From Octopus sinensis (taxonomy: Eukaryota), in NCBI RefSeq assembly GCF_006345805.1, contig NC_043008.1, positions 23,312,001-23,376,000 on the forward strand: DNA of 64,000 nucleotides, given 5' to 3'. Shown piece after piece: positions 48,561-60,949 of this stretch; the first letter of the stretch is position 1, and every line of letters begins with the position of its first letter. A program made the position numbers and the translations under genes. The notes below the pieces were generated by a model. That model saw only the letters and a list, made by a program, of their open reading frames with translations, made no database searches and had not been told where the DNA came from.

Positions 48561-48802
48561 CATGCATACATACATGCAACAGGGACACTGATGAAGAGGA
48601 ATATTCTTTTATGTTGCATGTCTCATTTCTCTGTGTGTATTTTTCGTTGTTCAAAAAAAGTTTGTTTTCTATGTTCTTGTTTCTCATTGTGTTCAACGTT
48701 TTTTAATGTCCTGTACCCATATATGCATGTATATATACATATATATTTAGCTATGTACATATTTGTATGTATAAATGAATATATTTATATATATATAGGC
48801 AT

Positions 48803-48962
48803 AGGAGTGGCTGTGTGGTAAGTAGCTTGCTTACAAACCACATGGTTCTGGATTCAGTCCCACTGCACAGCACCTTGGGCAAGTGTCTTCTACAATAGCC
48901 TCATGCTGACCAAAGCCTTGTGAGTGAATTTGGTAGACGGAAACTGAAAGAAGCCCGTTGTA

Positions 48963-49005
<43 letters not shown>

Positions 49006-49150
49006 ATATGTTTGTGTGTCTGTGTTTGTCACCCTCAATATCACTTGACAACCGATGCTGGTGTGCTTATGTCCCCGTAACTTAGCGGTTCGGCAGCTCT
49101 AGTATGGCTACAGTCAAATGACTGAAACAAATAAAAGAGTAAAGAGAGAT
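48803..49150 (+). mobile_element. tRNA-derived SINE with internal (TA)n(TG)n
   Basis: Head GGAGTGGCTGTGTGGTAAGTAGCTTGC...GGATTCAGTCCC (A/B-box-like), body CACCTTGGGCAAGTGTCTTC, tail GACTGAAACAAATAAAAGAGTAAA. Confidence 0.85.
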
Positions 49151-49174
49151 TAAAAGAGTATATGTATGTGAAGA

Positions 49175-49500
49175 CACATGGCTCAGTGGTTACAGCATCG
49201 AGCTTACGATTGTGAGGTTGTGAATTTGAATCCCGGACCGGGCTGCGTGTTGTGTTCTTGAGCAAGACACTTTATGTCACGTTGCTCCAGTTCACTCAGC
49301 TGTAAAAATGAGTTGCGATGTCACAGGTGCCAAGCTGTATCTGCTGTTGCCTTTCCCTTGGATAACACTGGTGGCGTGGAGAGGGGAGGCTGGTATGCAT
49401 GGGCAACTGCTGGTCTGCCATAAACAACCTTGCCCGGACTTGTGCCTGAGAGGGTAACTTTCTAGGTGCAATCCCACGGTCAGTCATGACCAAAGGGAGT
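49175..49500 (+). mobile_element. Second tRNA-derived SINE family
   Basis: A-box TGGCTCAGTGG, B-box-like TTTGAATCC, then GTGTTCTTGAGCAAGACACTT...GCTCCAGTTCACTCAGCTGTAAAAATGAGT (V/Meta-type core). Confidence 0.75.
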
Positions 49501-49908
49501 TTCAAGATATATATATAGTAGCAGGAACTAACAAGACGTGTTTCAGCTCGCTCTGACCAGTAAGTAGCTGTTGGAACAGAATACATATGAACCCAACTTT
49601 ACAATTTTCAACTGAAAACTCAACTGAAAATTCTTCCTTCTCAAAAACGACAAAGCCTTAATTCCAGTGAAAGCTACGTTTTTGTATCGTGAACACGTAT
49701 TATGAAAGATATAATACTATAACGATAATAATAATTATTCGTAAGCACACAATATTCCTATTAACAAACACACAATAGTTTACATTATCTCAGAATTATA
49801 ACATATACCAGTACTATTGTCTCCTACTGTTCAATACACCACAGAAGTTAATATTTTGAATATTTCTATCCTTATTTGCCATTACCTATATTCATTACCT
49901 ATATTTAC

Positions 49909-50400
49909 TGTTATTATCTATATTTCTTGTTGCACAAACAACTTGGTTAAGTGATCAACAACGAATCGAAGACACTGAAAAACAATAAGTAGCTCACAAC
50001 AACGGTAACAGAAAACACATCTTTAAATATCGCAACTGGTCGTACATTGAAGTGGATACTTTCATTAACTCATGGTTCATTCTCTCTCAAACCGATAACA
50101 TACATGCCTCAAACTTCAATTTCATTGCTAAAAGAGTTGGCCATCTCTTTAATAACTCTGCTTCATATCTCACTGTGAGAAACCTGTAACCACGTGGATA
50201 AACTAGCCTGAAATTTTTTTACTCACTACAGCCCATTTAATGTTATTATCTATATTTTTTTGTTGCACAAACAACTTGGTTAAGTGATCAACAACGAATC
50301 GAAGACACTGAAAAACAATAAATAGTTCACAACAACAGCAACAGTAACAAAAAAACACATCTTTAAATATCGCAACTGGTCATATATTGAAGTGAATACA
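49909..50400 (+). repeat. ~150-bp direct repeat in the LINE 5' UTR
   Basis: 49909-50060 and 50241-50400 share TGTTATTATCTATATTT...GTTGCACAAACAACTTGGTTAAGTGATCAACAACGAATCGAAGACACTGAAAAACAATAA...CATCTTTAAATATCGCAACTGGTC. Confidence 0.9.
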
Positions 50401-50733
50401 ACTACAACATTCACATCAGCAGCTAAAAGAACTAATAGACCCACTGCCATCACCATCATCATCGTCATTATCGTCATCATCATTGTTTCCATCTTCTACT
50501 GCTACTTCCCCTTCTTCATCCTCTCTCCCCTACTACTCCTAGTGGCCAAAGCCAAACATTCCATTCTACCTCGCCAGTGACCCATCCCAACCACTCTTAC
50601 TTCCTCCATATCCCACCACCATAGCTCCACTAACAACTCAAGTACCATTGCTACTACTACTACTATCTCAGCCAGTGTACAAAATCAACCACTGCTCCTT
50701 TCCCCCCTCTCCATTCAAGTCAAACAATTCTAA

Positions 50734-52126
50734 ATCTCAAGCTATTCACAATCCACCGCCCACATAAACGATGACGGTAACGGAAATCCACGGACTGCCA
50801 GCTCAGAGAGCAACACTTGCCTGGCCACAGACATCATATTGAAAATCATCTCATCAACACAAAATCAAGATATAAAAAGTGTCTTGTCGAAATATGATAT
50901 CAAACAGGAAAGTGGAGCAATATACAAAAATATTTTCACCAACTGTAAGTTTACGATGTTAAAGAAAGCAGCAGCTTTCTTGAATGATGGTGTCCAAGTT
51001 GAGCTCACAAAACCAAACCTCACCAACTGGATTATAACAAGGATTGAAAACTTCCTCCCGGAGACTTGCACAATGTGTGACAAACAGTACTGCATTACAT
51101 TTGGCCAAAAACCAGCTTTGGCATGCTTCATCTGTGGACAAGGAATACACGAAGTGTGCTACTTAAAAAAGATAAATAACCACACCATTCCAGATATTCT
51201 AGGCTTACACTGGCTATGCGGTTATTGTTCACCAAGGGCCACAATAACGAATGAACCTAGGACCCTACCACAGACAGGCCGTTCTAAACAGACATTGATT
51301 GGCGAAACTGACATGGCAAATAAATCCTGCCACACACAGGCCATCCAAGTGCCTCTTGTAAATGACAAGAATGAAGACTGACATGCAAACACCTACAAAA
51401 CAAGAAACAGGAGATCCTGCAGAAAAAGACCAAACCTCCCACGAAAAGAAACAGATTCAGAGCAAACGCTCAAATGAAGAAAGGCCAGTATGTATCCATT
51501 ACAGGCGCAACAAGTGCAAACATGGTCTTTCAGGTACAGGGTGCACGTACAGTCACCCCAAACCATGCAAACCATATATCAACTTCGGTACTGATCGAAA
51601 AAAAGGATGCCAAAATGGCCGAGAATGTGAACTCCTTCACCCAAAGATGTGCCGCAATTCGCTGAGAAAAAAAGAATGTTTTGGCGAGAATTGCAAATTT
51701 ATGCACCTGAAGGGTACAATTCGCATAAAAACTACTGAACCCACACCACCAGGACCAAGCTCAGCAGGGTATGAAAACCATTTCCCAAAAATGTGGAAAC
51801 CAGGTCATGGCTCAACAGTGAATGAAAATCATGCTACTCAATTGCATACATCAGCTGTAACAAACCCAAACTCGCAGAAATTCGATATAGTAATGAATGA
51901 AAGCAGTTTTTTAGGCATAATCTACCAACTACAACAACAGCTGTACTCCATACAGATGACTCAGCAAAACCAGGCAACATTGATACAAAGGCTGACACCT
52001 GGACTTACAGGGCACATACAACAAATACAGACAGCCCAGCAGACTGAATATCCAGTCAGCACAGTCCCAGCAACTACAACAGTCTTGCCAACAATAGGAC
52101 AGATGTATCCGGTACAACAAGCATAA
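50734..52126 (+). pseudogene. LINE ORF1 protein: PHD finger + three CCCH zinc fingers + Q-rich tail, one frameshift
   Basis: ORF 50839-51381 has C-x2-C-x15-C-x2-C-x4-H-x2-C-x19-C-x2-C. ORF 51362-52126 has C-x7-C-x8-C-x3-H, C-x13-C-x5-C-x3-H and C-x8-C-x4-C-x3-H. The frame opens at 50734 without an ATG. Confidence 0.85.
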
Positions 52127-55114
52127 TAACAGCAAATATCCAGGGTCTTTATCCGAAAACAAAACAGTGTAAAGTCCCTTTCTTGGAAGAATTAGCAACA
52201 GAAAACAACTCCAAAATAATTGGAATTACTGAAAGTCATCTCAACGAAAACATCCGCAACAGCGAAATCACAATCAATAGATTCAACATCATCAGATGTG
52301 ATAGACAAGGCAGATCCCATGGGGGCGTTATCATGTATATCCATGATACCTATGCATGCATAGAACTTGTCAATGAATCAAATGCCTACTGCAACCTGCT
52401 GTGCATAAAAATCATCCAACTTAATACAGTTGTAACAATAATGTACAGACCGCCAAACAGCCCAACATTATCCTTCACTGAGCCACTGACAAAGCTCCAA
52501 CAAATTCTGGGAAACATGGCGAGTCCAATGCCAGACATTAGCCTCCTTGGTGACTTCAACTTCCCTAACATCATCTGGCCACATGGACACATACTAAAAC
52601 TGGGGACAAAAGCTGAACAAATACAGGCAGCCAAACTGTTGGAAGTCACAGAGAAATTATACCTCAAACAAATGATGACAGAAGCAACAAGAAATAATAA
52701 TACGATCGACTTGGTTTTCACCAACAACGAGGACACGCTATTTGACCTTCACTCAACCCCAACAATCCTTTCAGACCACAATATTATTGAAATGCATTTA
52801 CACATTGGTAATGAGCCCAATGCCACAACTCTTAAACAAAAGGTCATGCCAAAGCTATGCAGGTATGATTATCACCAGGCAAATTGGGAAACTATTAACA
52901 ACCAGTTACAAATCATTGACTGGGATCTCTACCTTACTGGGCCAGATAAACACAAGAAATTCTTAAACAAGATCGAAGAAATATGTGCAAAAAATATTCC
53001 TCTTAAGAAAACCAAATCCACAAAAAAAACCTGTACCACGGGAGCGAAAGATCCTGGTGCGCAAAAGGTCAAGACTAAGAAACAAAACACCTAAGCTGAC
53101 ATCAAAACATGAATTACAGAAAGTCCTTGACCAAATATACAGATTAGAAGACAATCTAAAACAACACTATGATGAAGAACATAACAATGCAGAAAAGAGA
53201 GCCATAGAAAACATCAAGAAAAATCCAAAATGTTTCTACAGTTTTGCAAAGAAATACTTGAATACCAAGTCAACAATAGGACCTCTCCAGAGACAAAATG
53301 GGGATGTAGTGAATAACCCTATTGAAATGGCAGAAATGTTGGGTCAACAGTATGAAAGTGTCTTCAGTGAGCCATCTAAAACCATGAAGATCCATGACCC
53401 AGGAAAATTCTTCAAGGATATCGACCATACTAAACCTACCTTATCCGACATTGATTTCAACCCAGAAGACATAGAAAGAGCCATAGACAAGCTCTCCATG
53501 CACTCGGCTGCGGGGCCTGACGGTTTCAATGCCATGATACTTAAAAACTGCAAGGTACAAATGTTGAAACCCCTTTACATGATATGGAGGGAATCTATGG
53601 AGAATGGCAAAATACCAAATACATATAAAGAAGCACACATAACTCCAATACATAAAGGGGACAGCAAATCAAAACCAAAGAACTAGCGACCAATCTCACT
53701 GACATCACACATTATCAAGGTCTTCGAAAGAATAGTTCGTGGAAAACTGGTTGAGTTCCTGGAATCCAACAATCTGATGAATTGCAACCAGCATGGATTC
53801 AGGTTAGGTAGATCATGTCTTTCCCAACTACTGGCACACCATGACCAAATCCTAGAAAACCTAGAGAATGGATACAACACAGATGTTATTTACCTCGACT
53901 TTGCCAAGGCATTTGACAAGGTAGATCATGGCATCCTGGGTCACAAACTTCGAAAGCTAGGAGTAGGAGGAAAAGTTGGTACATGGATACATGAGTTCCT
54001 TACAAATAGAACTCAAACAGTCACTGTGAATGGAACCCATTCAACACCATCACCTGTGACCAGCAGTGTTCCTCAGGGTACAGTACTCGGCCCAATCCTG
54101 TTTCTCATCCTCATCTCTGACATAGATGAAGATACAACCAGCAATGTCTCATCCTTTGCTGATGACACCAGGGTCATGAGACAAATCAAAGATGAGGTGG
54201 ATACAGAGGCCTTACAAAAGGACCTGACCACCATATATAAATGGCAGGAAACAAACTACATGTTGTTCAATGATAAGAAGTTTGAACTAATTCGCTACGG
54301 AACAGATCAAGATCTGAAAAATACAACAAACTACAGAAACCCATCAGGACAACAAATAATGGAAAAACAGTATGTGAAAGATTTAGGCATCCACATGGGA
54401 ACCAGCCTAAAATTCAAAGAACACCTTGACTCAGTCTGTCTTACTGCAAGAAAGTACAGCGGGTGGATCTTGCGCACCTTCAAATCAAGAGATACCTCAA
54501 CAATGAAAACCCTCTGGAACAGTATGATACTTCCGAGGATTGACTACTGTTCTCAGTTGTGGTCACCAACAACAAAGGGCCAACTGTCTAAGATGGAATT
54601 GCTCCAAAGAAATTTTACCTCATACTTCTCAGAAACGAGGGACCTGGACTATTGGCAAAGACTCAAAACCTTGAGGATGTACTCAATAGAAAGAAGATTT
54701 GAGCGATACCGAATTATATACATTTGGAAAATGATAGAGCAAAAGGTGCCAAACTTTGGTATCAAAACCTACCACTCACTGCGCCTCAGAAGACGCTGCT
54801 AGCTACCACCAATCAACAAAAAGGCTGGCCAGGCAGCAAAAACCCTGCGAGAATCAAGTCTGTTGGTTCGAGGAGCACAACTATTCAACTCCATTCCGGT
54901 ACATGTCAGAAATCTATCAGGATGCAGTGTGGAATCATTCAAATTGCAGCTGGATAGATACTTAAGCACCATTAGAGATGAACCCCATCTCCCAGGATAT
55001 ACACAACGAGCACAAACTGACTCAAACTCGCTCCTACACATGTCAAAATTAAACAGAGAATACAACCTGGCAACCACACCAGACTCTGAGGGTGGAGTCT
55101 TCGACTTGGCCTGA
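52126..55114 (+). pseudogene. LINE ORF2: AP endonuclease + reverse transcriptase, 1 frameshift and 2 nonsense codons
   Basis: NIQGL, GITESHL, RCDR..R.HGGV, YRPP, GDFN, IDLVF, SDH (APE); N*RPISLT, QHGFR, YLDFAKAFDKV, VPQGTVLGPILF, FADD (RT). Extra A at about 53022-53030; TAG at 53684-53686 and 54800-54802. Confidence 0.92.
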
Positions 55115-55164
55115 GCATGGACTCAAACTCAAATGAAATGAAATGAAATGAAATATATATATAT

Positions 55165-55298
55165 ACAACAGGCTTCTTTCAGTCTACCAAATCCACTCAA
55201 AAGGCATTGGTCAGCCCAAGACTATAGTAGAGGACACTAGCCCAATGTGTCATGTAGTGGAACTAAACCTGGAACCATGTGATAAGGAAGCAAGCTCC
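55165..55298 (-). mobile_element. 5' half of a tRNA-derived SINE
   Basis: Reverse complement of the head/body of the SINE at 59985. Confidence 0.75.
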
Positions 55299-55589
55299 AG
55301 TGCGGAAAACGGACGTTAAACGATGATGATGATGATGATATATATATATATATATATATATTAATCAATGAAATTCCAACAAAGTCTGATTTTCATGGTG
55401 TATTATTTGCAATTTTTACAATTTTACAATATTAAAATAAACTAATACTTTCATATGTTATACAGTCATCAGATTTATGTATGACAGTTTATTTCAATAT
55501 TTTAGAATTGTAAAAATTGCAAATTATAAATCATGAAAATCAGACTTATTTGGAATGTCATTGATTGATATATTTTTCTATATACACTT

Positions 55590-55740
55590 ATACAAACTTG
55601 GATACACACACATGCGTGCACGCACACACACACACACACACCCATACATACACACACACACACACTATAAAAATCAAACCAGTTTGATTTATATATGTAA
55701 CTCCCAATAAATGTATTGAGTCCCCTTCTTTCATTTGTCT

Positions 55741-55779
<39 letters not shown>

Positions 55780-55833
55780 CACATATATCATCATATATAT
55801 ATAATATATATATATATATACATACACATATAT

Positions 55834-55904
<71 letters not shown>

Positions 55905-55906
55905 TA

Positions 55907-55937
<31 letters not shown>
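55590..55937. repeat. (CA)n/(TA)n compound microsatellite
   Basis: Direct inspection. Confidence 0.9.
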
Positions 55938-57228
55938 CGAGGGGCGTTCAATAAGTAATGCCCCTGACCCACTTCCCATAGCAGTAGAGCAACGAAACTT
56001 GGAACAGTTATTAGTCTTTTTCTACATAGGAACCACCCAGAGTTACGCATTTCTCCCATCGTTTGATGCAGCTCTGAAGACCGTTTTTGTAGAAGACCCC
56101 AGCTTGGTCCTCCAACCACGACGTGACTTCAGAAATCAAGGCTGCATCATCTGGGAAACGCTTTCCTTTCAAAAACAACTTCATGGCTGGGAAGAGGTGA
56201 AAATCAGAGGGTGCAAGGTCAGGAAAGTAGGGGGGATGGTGGATGAGTTCATAGCTGCACGCCTGTGCTTCTGATCTGGGGACACGCGAGTTGTGGATCG
56301 GAACGTTGTCCTGCAGGAGGAGGATGCCTTTGCTGATCTTGCCCCGCCTCTTGATTTTGATAGCTTCTCTTAATTTCCTCAAAAGTGAAACATAATAGAC
56401 TCCTGTAATTGTGGCACCCTTTGCCAGGAAATCTGTCATCATTACTCCGTCCTGGTCCCAGAAGACTGTAAGCATGACCTTGCCAGTGGAGGGCTGCACC
56501 CTTGCCTTCTTTGGAGGAGGTAAGTCACGGTGCTTCCACTGCATTGACTGGGCTTTGGTCTCTGGATCATAGTGATGGACCCAGGTTTTATCCTATGCAA
56601 TCAGTCTTTTGAAAAATTTTGACTCATCTTCTTGGCACATCTCCAAATTCATCCTGGAGCAATCAACGCGTTCTTGCTTCTGGAAAGGTGTGAGCAACAT
56701 GGGAATCCATCTGGCAGACACCTTTTGCATATGCAAATGGTCATGAATGACAGTTTCCACAGACCCGGTACTAATCTTGACCTCATGGGCTATTTGGTGA
56801 ATAGTTATGCGTCGGTCTTCCAAAATGGCAGCCTCAACTTGACGGACAGATGCCTCATCAATGGCAGAAGGGGCGACCAGATCTGGGAGCTGTTTCCACA
56901 GAGTTCCGACCATGTTTGAATTCACGATGCCAGCGTTTCACAAGGTCATATGATGGGGCATCATCACCATAAGTTACTTTCATTTCATCAAAAGTCTCCC
57001 GCGGTGTGCGTCCTTTCAAATACAAAAACCGGATCACTGCTCGACACTCAACATGCTCCATTTCACACTTGACTCAGTTCAAACACCTGTAAATCGGAAA
57101 CCACAATTAGTTCAGAGCTGTAATTTGCCACTTAATCTATAGAGATATAAATAATTGCACATGCAACATTTCAGCTAGATCCAACAACTGCAAGTGGGTC
57201 AGGGGCATTACTTATTGAACGTCCCTCG
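55938..57228 (-). mobile_element. Young full-length mariner (D,D34D), 1291 bp
   Basis: 37-bp TIRs CGAGGG(G/A)CGTTCAATAAGTAATGCCCCTGACCCACTT (1 mismatch), TA at 55936-55937 and 57229-57230. Confidence 0.97.
56011..57061 (-). pseudogene. Mariner transposase, one frameshift and one stop
   Basis: MEHVECRAVIRFL...PRSGRP / SARWIP / *DKTWVHHYDPET / QDN-x-PDLAPSD with 34 residues between the 2nd and 3rd catalytic Asp (hand count). Frameshift at about 56870, TAG at 56593-56595. Confidence 0.93.
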
Positions 57229-58847
57229 TATATGAATAAATAAATGGAGTTTAACGCAGGTATAAATCAAATATTTTTACTTTCGACACATGTTTTGAAA
57301 ATTCCACTGATACTATTCAAAAGAATAAATGGTATAAACAATGCAATCTTCTCTTTAGGAAAGTGAAAAAAACAAAACTCGTCAATAAGACATTTTAGCA
57401 AAAAATGATGGATTTGTATAGCGATTAACTGAACGCTATTAATATTGTTTAAAAAAAACGTTATATGATATAACGTCAAAAGTAGCTAACAGAAACAGTA
57501 GGGATATTAATAGTGAATGTTAAATATAAAGGAAATTAAAGTTTAAATTATATATAATGATAAAGACTACTTACTTATATGCACTAAAGGTATGTTTTTG
57601 CCAATGTTTACATCTGTATGCTCACTCTATAACCGTGTTTACTAGGGGATTTTTAGAAAAGATAATGTCAAAGGCAAGGAATTCTGTCTTCTCTGTAATT
57701 GTTTTCAGCCCTACAACAATGTCCAGGAAACTGTATAATAACTATAATAATAATTATATGTATTATAATAATTATATGTATTATATACATATAATCACAT
57801 GTCTATGCATGTATATGTATGCATAAATATATGCATATATATATGCATAAATATGTATGCATATAAATACATACATGCACTCATGCACACATATACCCAT
57901 ATACATGTATATACATGCATGCACACATACACGCATATACATATATAGAAAGCAAAGTTGTATAGGGAATGCTAGTAATTTTTAAATTGCTGTTAAGAAA
58001 TTTGACATCATAGGGTAAGAGAAGAAGAGAAGGAAAAGAAAAAGAGAGAAAGAGAATTAAAGGGGAAATGGAGGTATAAGCAAATATAGAAAAAAATGAT
58101 GTTGGAAAGAAAAGATGAAGGAAAGAATAAAAGGTATGGGAAGTAAGAATATAAAGTAAGTTGCAGATGTTTCTAAGTAAGGGGTAGATATTATTTGAAA
58201 TAGCTGAACAAATGTTGTTTCCAATGAAAACACCTGTAAACACATTCTTTATAGGTGCTGACCAGTGTATGTTTGGAAAAGAGTATAAATAGTTGTTCGT
58301 CCGTACAAAGAGGACAGAATGATTTCCTTTCATCATAGGGAAATGGTCTTGATAAAATTTTCCAATCTAAAGAAAACTGTTTATTAGAGTCTTTGGGATG
58401 CCAAGACCTGTAGAATTATGTTTATGGATTGTATTTAAATGCGGAAAGGTGATTTGTTTCACTTCCATAGAAACAAATCCAATATAAAAGATTTCTTTAG
58501 ATTCAGAGATAAGTTTGCATTGGTAAGTAGCATTAGTAATTCTACAATTTCTGTTGAGAACACAAGTTTTATTCAGACCACAATTACAAGGACTATTACT
58601 TTTGATACTATTATTTAAGGATAGACAATCGTTATTATTATTAATGTTATTACAGTTATTACAGTTATTAAGTGAAACTCTTTTTTTACCTTTAAGAATA
58701 TAGTTGTTATGCAAGGATATAATCTGTAGGAAGTTATTGGTGTTGGAAAAGTCAATTCTTTTCGGTGGGTGTCGAAAATGGAGTGGTACCTGGAATTTTT
58801 GGGAAAGTTCCTTTCTATAGTTTGATGCAATAGGTAGGGAAGGTTAC

Positions 58848-58909
58848 TTGTTGTTATTATTATTATTATTATTATTATTAGTAGTAGTAGTAGTAGTTGT
58901 AGCAGCAGC

Positions 58910-58950
<41 letters not shown>

Positions 58951-58985
58951 CAGTAGTAGTAGCAGTAGTAGTAGCAGCAGCATAA
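58848..58985. repeat. (TAT)n-(TAG)n-(CAG)n compound trinucleotide inside the Penelope ORF
   Basis: Direct inspection. Confidence 0.9.
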
Positions 58986-59984
58986 TTACTGTCATCTAGA
59001 TAATTAGAAGTTGAGCCTGGATCAGGATGGTTATAATACTTAATTTGTTCTTTATATACCTTATACAAGGCTGAATTATAGAAATCAGCACTATTATTGA
59101 AAACGATTACATTGGCAGATAATTAAAAGATTCTAAGCAATATGTTTTTAACCAATTTTTTGGTTATATTAGCAGGGTGATTGCTAAAAATGCTGAGGTA
59201 TTTTAGGTTGGTTAAATGTTTATGGTATGGGAAATATAAGGCTGTATTTAAGTTGAGTGTAAGATCAAGGAAATTAACCTTATTTTTATCATCATCGAAG
59301 GTAATACTTAAGCCCATATTACTAAAGAATTTGACAAAATTGTTTTTAACCTTTTGTAGTTTTTGATTAGAGATATTTTGGGGGTAAAGGAGGCAGTTGT
59401 CGCGATATAAGCCAGTGACGATATATGGGAATCGGTCACCCATATCTGATAAAATATAAATACCGACCAATTCAGAAATTTGAGCCGAGCCACTAGATCC
59501 CATAGGTATAGCAAGGCAGTCAGGTCAATCTTTATGAACCCAAAATTTGTTATGAAATTTATTTCATCCCAAAAGAGGCCAGTTTTATTATGCATGAACC
59601 ATAGGGCTTTATTAAAGATGATGGGATTGATAGGGGAATATCAAACTAATATCAAACTGGATAAATTTAGTGTTTAGTTTATTATTGATAGAGTTGAACC
59701 AGTCCACAACCTGGAACGAGTTAGACCATAAATTAAGTTTAAGTTTTTTTGTTAATGAAGGAATGTACTTGTCAAGAATATTTTTGCTAAGTATACTGAT
59801 ATCAGCTGGAAGGGCAGATAAGACAGAAAGTTGGGTTATTGAAGAAGTTAGGTTTGTGGTCCTTTAAGACAAAACAGGGTTGCTTTGGATTTAAAAGCTC
59901 AGTCTTCATTTGTAAGTTATATTTTTCCATAATTTTCTTAGCTAACCTAGAAGGTTAGCATTTCTGATAGCACTTTTACTAGTA

Positions 59985-60155
59985 GGTGCAGGAGTGGCTG
60001 TGTTGTAAGTAGCTTGCTAACCAACCACATGGTTCCAGGTTCAGTCCCACTGCGTGGCATCTTGGGCAAGTGTCTTCTGCTATAGCCCCGGGCCGACCAA
60101 TGCCTTGTGAGTGGATTTGGTAGACGGAAACTGAAAGAAGCCTGTCGTATATATG

Positions 60156-60190
<35 letters not shown>

Positions 60191-60415
60191 TTGTGTGTCT
60201 GTGTTTGTTCCCCTAGCATTGCTTGACAACCGATGCTGGTGTGTTTACGTCCCCGTCACCTAGCGGTTCAGAAAAAGAGACCGATAGAATAAGTACTGGG
60301 CTTACAAAAAGAATAATTCCCGGGGTCGAGTTGCTCGACTAAAGGCGGTGCTCCAGCATGGTCGCAGTCAAATGACTGAAACAAGAAAAAGAGTAAAGAG
60401 TAAAAGAGAGTAGTC
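59985..60415 (+). mobile_element. Young full-length tRNA-derived SINE inserted in the Penelope element
   Basis: Complete head GGAGTGGCTGTGTTGTAAG...GGTTCAGTCCC, internal (TA)n(TG)n, tail (AAAGAGT)n. Confidence 0.9.
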
Positions 60416-60949
60416 TTGTATATTTTTTGTATTTCCTTCCTGAGTAGTTTTAGGTAAAAATCCATGTTTAAGTGATACAGGTTACCAGTTTTATCCAATT
60501 GAACAAGGGGGCCTTCCATGCTGTTTATTTCTTTGGTAATATTATGTAGATATCTTAGATCTTTATTCCTTAAGGATGAACAATGGAGTTCAACATTCTT
60601 AACAATAGACCAGAGGTTCTCTTCAAACTGTTTTAAACTTGGGTTAGGAGGAGGATTATTTTAGACTTGAACAATTTACTAAATTCAGAATTTTGGTCAT
60701 TGAAGAGTGGCTTGATATCCTTATTATGGAAGAAGAAAGCTTGCCATCTGATAAGATTAATGAAAGAGTTAGTCTTATTAATGAGTTGTTTAAGGAAAAC
60801 TTTTTTGGGGGAATAGGTATATCCTTGAGAGAGGCATTAAAATTAAAGATCTTCATTTTCAGTAAGTATTCCGGTTGCAGGATTTACCTATGAAAACCTG
60901 GTGCATGTATATGAATGTTCAATTTATAGGAAAGATCTAGAGGAACAAT

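Larger units (their letters stand above)
49518..55154 (+). mobile_element. Near full-length CR1/L2-group LINE (5' UTR, ORF1, ORF2, (AAATG)n tail)
   Basis: ORF1 with PHD and CCCH fingers, ORF2 with APE and RT, no RNase H, (AAATG)4 tail at 55131-55154, (TA)n at both flanks. The 5' boundary is tentative. Confidence 0.9.
58150..60890 (-). mobile_element. Decayed Penelope-like element (RT + C-terminal GIY-YIG)
   Basis: N-terminal FNFNASLKDIPIPPKK (60656-60856); RT MGSSGSAQISELVGIYIL...GLYRDN and VNFLDLTLNL (59123-59503); NFPKNSRYHSIF; CNC-x4-C-x5-C...YQCK...FYIG (58367-58714). Interrupted by a SINE and a microsatellite. Confidence 0.85.

Noticed and set aside
48580-48640. CTGATGA as a possible hammerhead core
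   Set aside because: No downstream GAAA or stem III, and no stem I partner found.
48803-48880. tRNA genes at SINE heads (also 34504, 49175, 59985)
   Set aside because: A/B-box-like motifs are present, but no complete cloverleaf, and each continues into a SINE body.
49530-49580. Minus-strand GAAACACGTC as a hammerhead stem III
   Set aside because: No CUGAnGA upstream on that strand; better explained as part of the LINE 5' end.
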